Source: Deltaproteobacteria bacterium
Lineage (GTDB): Bacteria; Desulfobacterota; Binatia; Bin18
Direction of reading: 5' to 3'
Assembly (NCBI GenBank): GCA_013140885.1
Contig: JABFSC010000304.1
Location: 1 to 32,037 of the forward strand
DNA length: 32,037 bases
The position numbers and the translations under genes were made by a program. Below are positions 1 through 8,920 of the stretch, one piece after another (position 1 is the stretch's first letter; each line of letters starts with the position of its first letter). Under the pieces are notes generated by a model. The model made no database searches. It was not told where the DNA came from and was given only the letters and a program-made list of their open reading frames with translations.

Positions 1-456
1 ATGCCGCAAGAGCCGGAGTTCGAGATGGGTGGCGGCGGACTCTGTGGCACCGCGCACGACTACATTCGTTTTACCCGAATGATCCTGAACGGCGGCATGC
101 TGGATGGCACGCGAGTCTTGAAGCCGGAAACCGTGCGCGTGATGTCACAAAATCAGATGGGGGACATTGATTGCACGGAGATGAAGACCGTTCTCCCAAG
201 GAGTTCCCACGACGCCAATTTCTTCCCTGGCATGAAACAGAAATGGGGATTCAGTTTCTTGATTAACACCGAGCAGACGCCGCAAGGACGTTCGGCGGGA
301 AGTCTGGCGTGGGCCGGGCTGGGGAACACCTATTACTGGATCGATCCGGTCAAACGCGTGACGGGAGTGCTCTTCACGCAGATTTTGCCGTTCTTCGATC
401 CCAAGGCTATCGGGCTCTTTCGTGCGTTCGAGACGGCGGTGTATCAGTCGATCTAA
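1..456 (+). CDS. Serine hydrolase, beta-lactamase/class C esterase family (C-terminal part, truncated by window edge)
   Basis: C-terminal family motifs GGGGLCGTAHDYIRF and LAWAGLGNTYYWIDP; the SxxK motif would lie upstream of the window. Confidence 0.85.
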   Translation: MPQEPEFEMGGGGLCGTAHDYIRFTRMILNGGMLDGTRVLKPETVRVMSQNQMGDIDCTEMKTVLPRSSHDANFFPGMKQKWGFSFLINTEQTPQGRSAGSLAWAGLGNTYYWIDPVKRVTGVLFTQILPFFDPKAIGLFRAFETAVYQSI

Positions 457-481
457 CCGACACCCAGGGAAGGAATGCCGT

Positions 482-688
482 ATGCGCTATAAAATTGTCC
501 TGCACCAATCCGAAGAAGGTTACAGCGTGTCCTGCCCTGGACTGCCAGGGTGTTGGTCGCAAGGCGTAACGGAGGCCGATGCGATCGAGAATATCCAAGA
601 CGCTATTCGAGAATACCTTGCGACTGTCGACGATCTCCTGCGCGAAACACCGAATGCCGAGGTCCGGGAAGTAGAGATCCCTCTCTAA
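482..688 (+). CDS. hicB: HicB-family antitoxin, short form without DNA-binding domain (68 aa)
   Basis: MRYKIVLHQSEEGYSVSCPGLPGCWSQGVTEADAIENIQDAIREYL matches the HicB pattern; GGAAGGA upstream of ATG 482. Confidence 0.9.
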   Translation: MRYKIVLHQSEEGYSVSCPGLPGCWSQGVTEADAIENIQDAIREYLATVDDLLRETPNAEVREVEIPL

Positions 689-690
689 CC

Positions 691-903
691 ATGCCAAAGC
701 TGGCCGGAATACCTCATCAGCAAGCCGTGCGCGCATTGGAAAAGGTCGGCTTTCGCACCATTCGACAGGGAAAGCATATCATCATGTCGGATGGGGTGCG
801 TATCCTGACCATTCCCCGGCATAATCCCGTCAATGCGATCACCATGGGAGGTATTGTGCGGGACGCTGGGTTGAGCATCGAACAGTTTCGCACCCTCCTG
901 TAA
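691..903 (+). CDS. hicA: HicA-family mRNA interferase toxin (70 aa)
   Basis: RALEKVGF..RQGKHIIM..LTIPRH..GIVRDAGL HicA pattern; ATG lies 2 nt after the hicB stop. Confidence 0.9.
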   Translation: MPKLAGIPHQQAVRALEKVGFRTIRQGKHIIMSDGVRILTIPRHNPVNAITMGGIVRDAGLSIEQFRTLL

Positions 904-923
904 TCACTTATAGCGTGCGGTTC

Positions 924-2111
924 CTACACCTGCTTCACCAAATACTCAAACGCCGCCAGCGCGGCGGAGGCCCCTTCGCCAGCGGCGATGACAATCTGTT
1001 TATCGTGACCGTCCGTCGCGTCGCCAGCGGCGAAAAGTCCCCGGACGCCAGTCTGCCCATGCCGATCCACCTTGATCTCGCCGCGCTCGTTGGTCTCGAC
1101 CAAATCCAAGAGAAAATCGGTGTTGGGATAGAGACCAACCTCGATAAACACCCCTTGCACGTCGAGACGACGCTCTTCTCCGGTCTGAAGATTCTTGAGC
1201 GAGAATCCTTCCACACGCTCCTTGCCATGAATGGCGAGTGGTTGGTGATGCGTGAGCACTTCGACCCGTTTGGCGGCCATCACTTTGTCTTGCAGGATTT
1301 CATCACCGCTCCACTCCCCACGCGAGACGAGGTAGACCCGCTTGGCGGTGCCATTCATCTCAATCGCCGCTTCCAGTCCCGAATTGCCGCCACCAACAAT
1401 CGCGATTTCTAAGTTCTTGAACAGCGGGCCATCACAAGTGGAGCAGTACACCACTCCGCGGCCCGCCAGCTCCTTCTCGCCAGGGATATTGAGTTTGCGT
1501 TTCTGGGCACCGGTAGTGACGATCACGGACTTGGCGCGGATTTCACGGCCAGAGGCGGTGGCAATGACCTTCGTGCGACCCTCGACCTGCATGGTGATCA
1601 CTTTCTCGCCGAGGAGTTTCTCGATGCCATACTGTTCGGCATGTTCGTAGAACTTTTGCACCAAGTCGGGACCGGTCACGAGTTGGAAACCCGGATAGTT
1701 GGCCACTTCGTAGGTCGTGCCGAGCTGACCGCCGAGGTCAAACGCGATGATGATGGTGGCGAGATTCTTCCGCACGGCATAAATCGCCGCCGACAGTCCC
1801 GCCGGCCCCGCGCCAATGATGGCGACATCGTACACTTTGGTTAAATCGACGGTGGCTGTTCGCCCCAAGCGCTGATCGAGTTCCCCGGTGGCATTGAGGT
1901 TCGCGAGATCGTCGTAGCCACCAATGGACACACCATCAAGAAAAATTTGCGGGACGGTCCGTCGGCCCGCGCGCGCGATCATCTGCTGCTGGAGGGTTTC
2001 GTCGGAAGTAACATCAATCTCTTGATAGGTCAGCCCTTTGGACTTGAGCAGGGCTTTCGCCTTGGCGCAGTATGGACACCAATCCTTGGAATACACTTCG
2101 AGCGTGGGCAT
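924..2111 (-). CDS. Glutaredoxin fused to an AhpF/TrxB-like flavin disulfide reductase
   Basis: N-terminal Grx motifs CPYC, TVPQIF, GGYDDL; then GAGPAG, YCSTCDGPLFK, GGGNSGLEAA and FAAGD..KQIVIAAGEG; GGAGG RBS. Confidence 0.9.
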   Translation of the reverse strand: MPTLEVYSKDWCPYCAKAKALLKSKGLTYQEIDVTSDETLQQQMIARAGRRTVPQIFLDGVSIGGYDDLANLNATGELDQRLGRTATVDLTKVYDVAIIGAGPAGLSAAIYAVRKNLATIIIAFDLGGQLGTTYEVANYPGFQLVTGPDLVQKFYEHAEQYGIEKLLGEKVITMQVEGRTKVIATASGREIRAKSVIVTTGAQKRKLNIPGEKELAGRGVVYCSTCDGPLFKNLEIAIVGGGNSGLEAAIEMNGTAKRVYLVSRGEWSGDEILQDKVMAAKRVEVLTHHQPLAIHGKERVEGFSLKNLQTGEERRLDVQGVFIEVGLYPNTDFLLDLVETNERGEIKVDRHGQTGVRGLFAAGDATDGHDKQIVIAAGEGASAALAAFEYLVKQV

Positions 2112-2174
2112 GAGTGGACCTCCTAGAACTTCGATGTCGCACGATCACGGAAATTTCAAGTCCGGTATGGCATT

Positions 2175-2315
2175 TCATCCCGTCGTCGGATCCACCGCGA
2201 CTATTTTCGGTGTGGCATACCGGACGAAATCCTTTGCGCTGAAAGTCACAAGATGAGTGACGCCCTGAACATTCATGCCTGCCACAAGGCGCGCATCATG
2301 CGCCTGAATGCCGGA
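2175..2315 (-). pseudogene. C-terminal remnant of a PIN-domain (VapC-like) protein
   Basis: SGIQAHDARLVAGMNVQGVTHLVTFSAKDFVRY fits the PIN C-terminal HDA.LVA.M..T...DF pattern; the upstream in-frame sequence is unrelated. Confidence 0.65.
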
Positions 2316-2350
2316 ATGGTCCGTACCCCTCGCCCGACGATTTCTCCGAT

Positions 2351-2593
2351 TCACCGTTTCTTGGCTTCTCCGGTTCCTTCCCCACTGGCTTGCCACTCCG
2401 CCAATCGTCGGCGTGCCTCGCCCGGAGTAATCCCGGCGCGGGCGACCATCCAACACGCCATCGGAGCGGCAATGCGTTCTGACGCATGGGCCGCATCACC
2501 GGCAAGCGCTAAGAGATCACGCATCTCCTCAGGCGTCGGGGCATCAACTCCAAGCAGTGTCGCGAATCCAGTCAACCATTCTTTTGCGGTCAT
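2351..2593 (-). CDS. Small helical protein, DUF6457-like (80 aa)
   Basis: EWL..FA..LG...LLALAGDAAHASERIAAPMACW pattern recalled for DUF6457; GGAG RBS before ATG 2593. Confidence 0.65.
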   Translation of the reverse strand: MTAKEWLTGFATLLGVDAPTPEEMRDLLALAGDAAHASERIAAPMACWMVARAGITPGEARRRLAEWQASGEGTGEAKKR

Positions 2594-2700
2594 AAGGGGC
2601 TCCTTCCCGTGCCGTTGCATGTCGCATCATAAGCAGGTAGACCCGCAGGGTCATAGACCCGTCGAGTCCACAACTGTCATACGGAAGGCACCTTTTTCTC

Positions 2701-3963
2701 ATGTCGAACACCACTAACCCGAAAAGCACTGAAGACGCCCCACCTGATTCATCATCGCCGTCCGCGTTCCAACTGCCCAGCTTTCGCCGGTACTGGATCG
2801 CGCGGCTCTGCGGCATTATCGCCACGCAGATGCAAGGCGTGGCGATTGGCTGGCAAGTCTACAACATGACGCAGCGCCCACTGGATTTGGGGTACGTGGG
2901 ACTGGCGCAGTTCCTGCCCGCCTTGTGTCTCACGCTGGTCACTGGCCATGTGGCCGACCGCTATGATCGTCGGCGCGTGCTCGCGCTCTGCACGTTCGTC
3001 GAGGCCATGTGCGCCCTACTCTTCCTCAATCTCACACTCAGTGGCAATACCGACACCCGATGGATTTTCGCGCTGCTCCTGCTTTTTGGCATGGCGAAAG
3101 CCTTTGAGTTCCCAGCGGCGATTTCGCTGATGCCGAACCTGGTCCCGCCGCATCAGTTCGTCAACGCCGCGGCGTGGAACTCGTCCGCCTGGCAAGTCGC
3201 CACCATCGCTGGCCCGGCCATCGGTGGCGTGCTCTATGCTTTTGGGCCACTCGTCGTCTACGCCTGCTGCGGCCTGCTCTTTCTCGTCTCCTCGGTGCTG
3301 ATGAATTTCGTTCGCTATGAACGAGTGGTCACGGAGCGCAAAGCCGCCACCTGGGCCTCGGTCGTGGCGGGAATCACGTTTATTCGACATCAACCGCTAG
3401 TCCTGGGTGCCATCTCACTCGACCTGTTCGCCGTACTGCTCGGTGGAGCCACGGCGCTGCTGCCAATCTACGCCCGCGATATTCTGCATGTTGGTCCGTG
3501 GGGACTGGGGCTGCTGCGGAGCGCCCCAGCCGTGGGCGCGTTGAGCATGGCGATCTGGCTGGCGCGTCACCCCATCACCAACCGCGCGGGCAGTCGGCTG
3601 CTCGGCGCGGTCGCGGTTTTTGGCGGCGCGACGATCGGCTTTGGTGTCTCACAGAGTGTCGCGCTTTCTCTGCTGATGTTGGTCACGCTGGGAGCCGCGG
3701 ACATGGTGAGCGTGGTCGTGCGGCGGGTCTTGGTGCAGGTCGCGACTCCCGACGCGATGCGTGGGCGCGTCAGCGCCGTTGAGTCGGTCTTTATCGGGGC
3801 CTCGAATGAATTAGGCGAGTTTGAGTCGGGGATCACCGCGGCGTGGTTTGGCGTGGTGCCCGCCGTCGTGCTCGGTGGAGCGGGTACGATTGGCATCGTC
3901 GTTTTGTGGACGTATCTCTTTCCGCAATTACGGCGGGTCGATTCGTTGGACAGCGCCGCCTAA
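2701..3963 (+). CDS. MFS transporter (EntS/MFS_3-like)
   Basis: About 12 hydrophobic segments, motif A GHVADRYDRRR, and TPDAMRGRV..FIGASNELGEFESG. Confidence 0.9.
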   Translation: MSNTTNPKSTEDAPPDSSSPSAFQLPSFRRYWIARLCGIIATQMQGVAIGWQVYNMTQRPLDLGYVGLAQFLPALCLTLVTGHVADRYDRRRVLALCTFVEAMCALLFLNLTLSGNTDTRWIFALLLLFGMAKAFEFPAAISLMPNLVPPHQFVNAAAWNSSAWQVATIAGPAIGGVLYAFGPLVVYACCGLLFLVSSVLMNFVRYERVVTERKAATWASVVAGITFIRHQPLVLGAISLDLFAVLLGGATALLPIYARDILHVGPWGLGLLRSAPAVGALSMAIWLARHPITNRAGSRLLGAVAVFGGATIGFGVSQSVALSLLMLVTLGAADMVSVVVRRVLVQVATPDAMRGRVSAVESVFIGASNELGEFESGITAAWFGVVPAVVLGGAGTIGIVVLWTYLFPQLRRVDSLDSAA

Positions 3964-4154
3964 TCCCGCGATACCCGAGCATGCTCATATTCAGAATGCT
4001 CCTCCGTCTTGCTTGACGCTCCGGCGGGTTCCAGGCCCCTCTCGATTCCCAAATTTTTTTTTCACGGCACTATATTTTTTTGCCTTTCCACCGATACGTA
4101 GAAATATCGGCGAGAGTAGCTGTTGTACCGTATGCCGTATTGGGGATTCTTCTT

Positions 4155-5054
4155 ATGAACAATAACATTCCCGCGATTTCTCTTCGGACTTGGGGGGTGA
4201 GCGATGTTGGCCGGGTACGAAACAACAACGAAGACAGTTACCTGATGGTGGACCTCACCACTGGAACACTACTGACCCAAGAAGTCCCCACCCCTTCGCC
4301 AGGATTTCTGCTCATGGTCGCGGATGGCATGGGCGGTCATCAAGCCGGCGAAGTCGCGAGCCGCATGGCCGTCGAGGCCGTATCACAACACGTTTCCCTC
4401 TCTCTCTCAGGCTCCCGTTTTCCGAGCCGTCGGCGATTCGTGGAGATTCTGCGGGAAGCCATCATTGAGGCGAATACGGCCATTTATGATGTCAGCCATG
4501 CCGACGAGGCCCGTCAGGGGATGGGCACAACGCTCACCGCGGCTGGAGTCTATGATGGCGCGGCTTTCTTCGCGCAGGTGGGTGACAGTCGCGCCTACGT
4601 CCTTCGCACGAACACGGTCGCGCGCATGACGGAGGATCAAAATCTCGCGACCAAGCTAGCCGCCGCTGGCACGGAGCCGCTCGACCAATCAACGGTGGCT
4701 CCCTATCAAAATGTGTTGCTGCAAGCATTGGGCGCGGAACCACAAGTCACCGTGCCCGTCTCGTTCCTCGAATTACGACGCGGCGATTGGATTGTCGTGT
4801 GCAGCGATGGCTTGACAAATTTCGTGGGGGACGAAGAAATTCGCGACACGCTGTGGCAGGCCGAAAATCCGCAAGTGGCATGTCACACCCTCGTGGAAAC
4901 CGCGAACGCCAGAGGGGGGCGGGACAACATCACGGTCATCGCCGCGTATTGCAATGGACCATCACTGTCCGCGCCACGGGAGAATGAGCCCCTCGACGCA
5001 CAAGCCTTTGTTCACCCGTGGTGGTACCGATTCGTGCGGTTCTTGGGATATTAA
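4155..5054 (+). CDS. PP2C/Stp1-family Ser/Thr protein phosphatase
   Basis: DVGRVRNNNEDS, VADGMGGHQAGEVAS, GMGTT, VGDSRAY, CSDGL, GGRDNIT; start at ATG 4155 inferred. Confidence 0.93.
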   Translation: MNNNIPAISLRTWGVSDVGRVRNNNEDSYLMVDLTTGTLLTQEVPTPSPGFLLMVADGMGGHQAGEVASRMAVEAVSQHVSLSLSGSRFPSRRRFVEILREAIIEANTAIYDVSHADEARQGMGTTLTAAGVYDGAAFFAQVGDSRAYVLRTNTVARMTEDQNLATKLAAAGTEPLDQSTVAPYQNVLLQALGAEPQVTVPVSFLELRRGDWIVVCSDGLTNFVGDEEIRDTLWQAENPQVACHTLVETANARGGRDNITVIAAYCNGPSLSAPRENEPLDAQAFVHPWWYRFVRFLGY

Positions 5055-5063
5055 AGCGAGCGC

Positions 5064-6713
5064 CTATTCTCTGCGCGTATCCGCTTTCCAGACAAAGCCC
5101 GGCGGCTTCGGGGGCTGCGCGCGGGATTCGACCTTAAGCCAGTCTCCCACTTGAGCCACCGCATACACGCGCGCCCCAGGTTGAAGCCACAAGGCTTCCT
5201 TGCTCGCCCAGGTTGGACTCTCCCGCACCGCTGTCTGCGTGGTAATCCGAAATCGGCGAGGGCCAGGAAAGGGCTGATTGTCCGGTGTCTCCCCCCTGTC
5301 CGATGGCGAACTTGCCGGTGGCGGTCCCTCTCCTGGAGGTAGTGGTTCTCCGGTTTCTCGTGTGGGGTCCAGAGAAGGGTCTTCCCCACTCAGCTCGTCA
5401 CCCTCGGTTGCTGCGACGTCGGTTGGCGATTCTGATGCCGGAGGCACGGGAATCGTCGTCGCTGACGCTGGTGTTTCGGTCTCCACGGGAACAGGAGGCG
5501 TGGAAAGAGACGGGGACTGTGGTTGGGGTTCAATCGTGGTCTCCGTGGTGTTTTCCGGAATGCTGACAGGAGGAGCTAGGGCCGGATCGGGCGACGGGAC
5601 CGCCGCAACCACCGTGGGGTTCTCCGGTATGGGAGACACTGGCGTCGTCGAACCTGCCCCCAACAACCACCAGAGACTCACCACTCCCGCTAACAACAGG
5701 CCACCAACAGGAGCCCACGCAGGATACCATTCCGCGGAAGGTTCTCGTGGTAATACGCGCGGCGGCTCCGCCGGTGGAATGAGGGCCTCGCGTTGCAAAT
5801 GCTCGGTGACGGACGAAGCCGTCACAAGCGGTTGCGCCGGAGCTTGCACCTCAAGCGAAGATGAGGAGAGCGCGAGACACGCGTCAATATCCTTCAGCAA
5901 CTCTTTCGCGTTTTGGTAACGGTTTTCCAGTTTGCGCGAGATCGCTCGTCGCACGAGAGCGGCGAATTCGGCGGGCACTGGCGTCGGAAAGACCGGCACA
6001 TTCTCTTCCGCGGAGAGGACCTTTCCCACCAGCGTGCGTTCATCAATATCCGCGAAAAACGCGCGCCGCGTCACCATTTCATAGAGGACGAGGCCGAGAG
6101 AGTAGAGATCCGCGCGACCATCAATATCCCCATTCGGCAAGATTTGTTCCGGCGCGCAGTAGAGCAGTGTCCCCAACATGAGATCGACACTGGTTTGCAC
6201 GCTCGCGCCTCGGACTTTCGCGATCCCAAAATCCGTGACCACGGCCCGTTGGGAATCGGTTTCCACCAGAATATTCTGTGGCTTAATATCGCGGTGCACG
6301 ACCGCCGTGGCATGACTATGGGCATAATCAAGGGCCAGGGCGACTTGTCGAGTAATCTCCAACGCTTCGCGCACCGAGAGCGGGCCGCGATCGGCCAGGT
6401 ACTCGCTGAGACTCCGCCCCTCGACATACTCCATGACGAAGTAGGGCGTACTCCCATCTTTATCAACATCCGAGACCCGCACGATATTAGGATGATTGAA
6501 CCGCGCCATCACTCGGGCCTCTTGGTGAAAGCGAGTCACCACCTCCGTGTTGTCGCGAAATTCGGCGGGGAGCACCTTCAGCGCGAAAATAGTATCAAGC
6601 GCCAGGTGGCGGACCTTATACACCATGCCCGTTCCACCGCGCCCAGCGAGACCAAGGACTTGATATTTACCGGAAATCAGGGAGAGTTCTTCGTGGGTAT
6701 CTCTGGTAGCCAT
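5064..6713 (-). CDS. Hanks-type membrane Ser/Thr kinase with Pro-rich linker and C-terminal SH3b-like domain
   Basis: GRGGTGMVY, ALK, HRDIKPQN, DFG, APE, DLYSLG; TM GGLLLAGVVSLWWLLG; terminal AVRESP..GDWLKV..GFV; AAAGGA before ATG 6713. Confidence 0.92.
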   Translation of the reverse strand: MATRDTHEELSLISGKYQVLGLAGRGGTGMVYKVRHLALDTIFALKVLPAEFRDNTEVVTRFHQEARVMARFNHPNIVRVSDVDKDGSTPYFVMEYVEGRSLSEYLADRGPLSVREALEITRQVALALDYAHSHATAVVHRDIKPQNILVETDSQRAVVTDFGIAKVRGASVQTSVDLMLGTLLYCAPEQILPNGDIDGRADLYSLGLVLYEMVTRRAFFADIDERTLVGKVLSAEENVPVFPTPVPAEFAALVRRAISRKLENRYQNAKELLKDIDACLALSSSSLEVQAPAQPLVTASSVTEHLQREALIPPAEPPRVLPREPSAEWYPAWAPVGGLLLAGVVSLWWLLGAGSTTPVSPIPENPTVVAAVPSPDPALAPPVSIPENTTETTIEPQPQSPSLSTPPVPVETETPASATTIPVPPASESPTDVAATEGDELSGEDPSLDPTRETGEPLPPGEGPPPASSPSDRGETPDNQPFPGPRRFRITTQTAVRESPTWASKEALWLQPGARVYAVAQVGDWLKVESRAQPPKPPGFVWKADTRRE

Positions 6714-6753
6714 GCCCGCATATCCTTTGTTCGTGACCGAAACGCCACCAGCG

Positions 6754-7146
6754 TTAATACTCCCGCTCTTTCTCAACAGGCTCCGTTTCAGAAGACGCGG
6801 GGGAGAGGAGCTCATCCTTCGTGTCAGCGGTGATCTCGCCAGTCACGGCCAAGTGATGATCTTTTTGGAAGCGCCGCAGTGCGTCCCTGGTCTTTTTTCC
6901 CAGCACGCCATCAAGCGGACCGGGGTCGTATCCTCGCTCTTGTAATACTCCCTGAATCTGACGGATAGCCGGGTCAGACGGTGGTGGAGTTGGCTTGGGG
7001 GAATACACCCGAGGAGAGGGCGCTCTTTCTTCAGGCCGCGGTTCTGGTACGGGCTCCCTTGTCCGCGCACGAGTCGATGAACAGGCGGCCACGACTAAGC
7101 TGAGCAACACCAGGCAGACACTTGCATATCTTTTCACACGTGGCAT
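6754..7146 (-). CDS. Lipoprotein with PG_binding_1 peptidoglycan-binding domain
   Basis: Signal peptide with lipobox VAAC, Pro-rich spacer, then IRQIQGVLQERGYDPGPLDGVLGKKTRDALRRFQKDHHLAVTG. Confidence 0.88.
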   Translation of the reverse strand: MPRVKRYASVCLVLLSLVVAACSSTRARTREPVPEPRPEERAPSPRVYSPKPTPPPSDPAIRQIQGVLQERGYDPGPLDGVLGKKTRDALRRFQKDHHLAVTGEITADTKDELLSPASSETEPVEKEREY

Positions 7147-7161
7147 GGGAGTTTCGCACCC

Positions 7162-7692
7162 TCAGTTACGAGCGGAAGAAAAGAGCGACGCGAAGAACCG
7201 TTTGATACTGGCGAAGAGCCCTGTCTGTTGTTGTTCTTGCTTTCGGCGCGCGGCATCCAAGAGAGGGTAGCTTGCCCGCGAGGCAACCACCGTCATGCCG
7301 GATTGCCAATTCTTAGGAAGGGTCATCCCCGCAACCGCATCGGGTTGAGACTGTTCATTGCCGCCCTTCCCGGCAGTCTGGGCCGCAGGTTGCTCTTCGA
7401 GCAGTTCAATCCGTAGCCAACTCTTCCCGATGATGATTTCATCTCCACTGCTGAGGTCGCATACCTGAATACGATTGTTGATCTCGTTCAGAAACGTGCC
7501 GTTCGGCGTATAAAGATCAGAAAGGGTTACCTTATTGGAATCATTCCGCTGAATCGTACAGTGCCGTCGTGAAACCGACCCGTCGCGCAGGGCCACTTCA
7601 CAATCTTCTCCGCGTCCAATCGAGATCGTTTCTTGTGTCCGCGTAAATACCCGTCCAGTGTCTGGACCCGCCACCACTGTCAGCTTCATCAT
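7162..7692 (-). CDS. FHA-domain protein
   Basis: IGRG..C...L.D.SVSRRHC..L.DL...NGTFLN FHA signature; GGGAG RBS before ATG 7692. Confidence 0.9.
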   Translation of the reverse strand: MMKLTVVAGPDTGRVFTRTQETISIGRGEDCEVALRDGSVSRRHCTIQRNDSNKVTLSDLYTPNGTFLNEINNRIQVCDLSSGDEIIIGKSWLRIELLEEQPAAQTAGKGGNEQSQPDAVAGMTLPKNWQSGMTVVASRASYPLLDAARRKQEQQQTGLFASIKRFFASLFSSARN

Positions 7693-7903
7693 AATTGCTC
7701 CCGCTCCGTCCGCTCTCGCGCAAGACGCCGAAAAAAGGCTCATCACGCTTCGCTCGCGTACCGTTTCACCCAGACTCACCTTACAGATGGGTGAGGGCGC
7801 AACCAAGAGAGCCATATTCACTCACCTCTTGTCACCTACGGACATTTTCGGAGATTCCGCGGATTCCTTTAGTCTCCCGCTCCGGTTTTTGTAGGAAAGG
7901 AGA

Positions 7904-7929
7904 AGGGACAGAGCAAAATCCGTCCCTAC
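7904..7929 (-). repeat. GTAG-type REP-like palindrome
   Basis: Minus strand GTAGGGACGGA-TTTTGC-TCTGTCCCT: GTAG head followed by an imperfect hairpin, intergenic. Confidence 0.45.
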
Positions 7930-8134
7930 AGGGGTCCCACTCACGAGAAACCGAGATTGAGGGAATCAAGCGGGCCACGGGCGACAACCGGGAGACGCGT
8001 GGTGCCAGTACGGTCAAAGTGCGGATTGGAGCGCGCGAAGAAGGCGTGGTTCGGAAACACGTCATCTTCGCCTGCCCAGATACGGGCGTTCCGTGCAGTA
8101 TCCGACCTGTATTGCGCACTCTCCTCACCATACG

Positions 8135-8920
8135 TTAGGACGCGAGAAACGTGGACATCGCTCGCACGAACTCTGCCGGGTTCTCGATCTCGGACCGATG
8201 GCCGACGTTCGCGATCTCGACCACTTTCGCCTGGGGCAGGGCTTTCTGGTAGGCGTCAATACAGCCGCGCGGGACCACGCGGTCTTTCGTCCCCCAGACT
8301 AACAGTGTCGGGACCTTCTTGGCGTTCACGAGTAAATAGGGAAGGCTGGGATTGTGCATATACGGTTCCCAGCCAATGCGAGCCGATTCCGAACGGGCAT
8401 CCTCGAAAGCCTCGAACTGTTCCGGCGTCATCTCCCCACCGTAAATCTTGGAGAACTCCGGGGTGGCCTGATCGGCGACGGTCGCGCGCAGAAACGAACG
8501 CGCGGTCATGGGGAAGATGTCCATGATCTCGCCGCTGGTCGGTTTGATACCCATGGGCGCGACGAGCGCGAGATGTTTCACCATGCGCGGGTCAGCGGCC
8601 GCCATCTCGGCGGCGGTATAGCCACCAGCGGAAAAGCCCAACACATCGAGTGAGTCCAGGTTCATTGCGCGAACCATGATCGCATAGAAGCCGGCGAGAT
8701 CGCGATAGTTGCGGATCCAGTCGAGCCGTGGAGTTTTGCCAAATCCGGGTTGTAGCGGAATAATGAGTTCGTGGGTTTTCGCGAGTTCGTCGTTCCACGT
8801 CATCCAGCCGGGGTAGCCCATCTCGTCATGCAGCACGAGCAATGGTCTTCCCGCTCCACCTCTCACGCAAACCAGTTGTGTACCAGCGATATCGGCCGTC
8901 GTTTCGGTCCAATTTGCCAC
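8135..8920 (-). CDS. Alpha/beta-fold hydrolase
   Basis: LLVLHDEMG, nucleophile elbow GFSAGG, PTLLVWGTKD, GH catalytic His; AAGGAGG before GTG start. Confidence 0.88.
   Translation of the reverse strand: MANWTETTADIAGTQLVCVRGGAGRPLLVLHDEMGYPGWMTWNDELAKTHELIIPLQPGFGKTPRLDWIRNYRDLAGFYAIMVRAMNLDSLDVLGFSAGGYTAAEMAAADPRMVKHLALVAPMGIKPTSGEIMDIFPMTARSFLRATVADQATPEFSKIYGGEMTPEQFEAFEDARSESARIGWEPYMHNPSLPYLLVNAKKVPTLLVWGTKDRVVPRGCIDAYQKALPQAKVVEIANVGHRSEIENPAEFVRAMSTFLAS

Noticed and set aside
5278-6833. Plus-strand ORFs 5278-5919 (Gly/Ser-rich) and 5913-6833
   Set aside because: Mirror images of the kinase gene and its Pro/Thr-rich stalk.
4155-7692. Type VI secretion regulatory module (PpkA/PppA/Fha)
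   Set aside because: No T6SS structural genes in the window, and the FHA protein is much shorter than TagH/Fha1.
7695-8138. ORFs of 99-147 aa between the FHA and hydrolase genes
   Set aside because: No motif or convincing RBS, and the region contains a REP-like hairpin; treated as intergenic.
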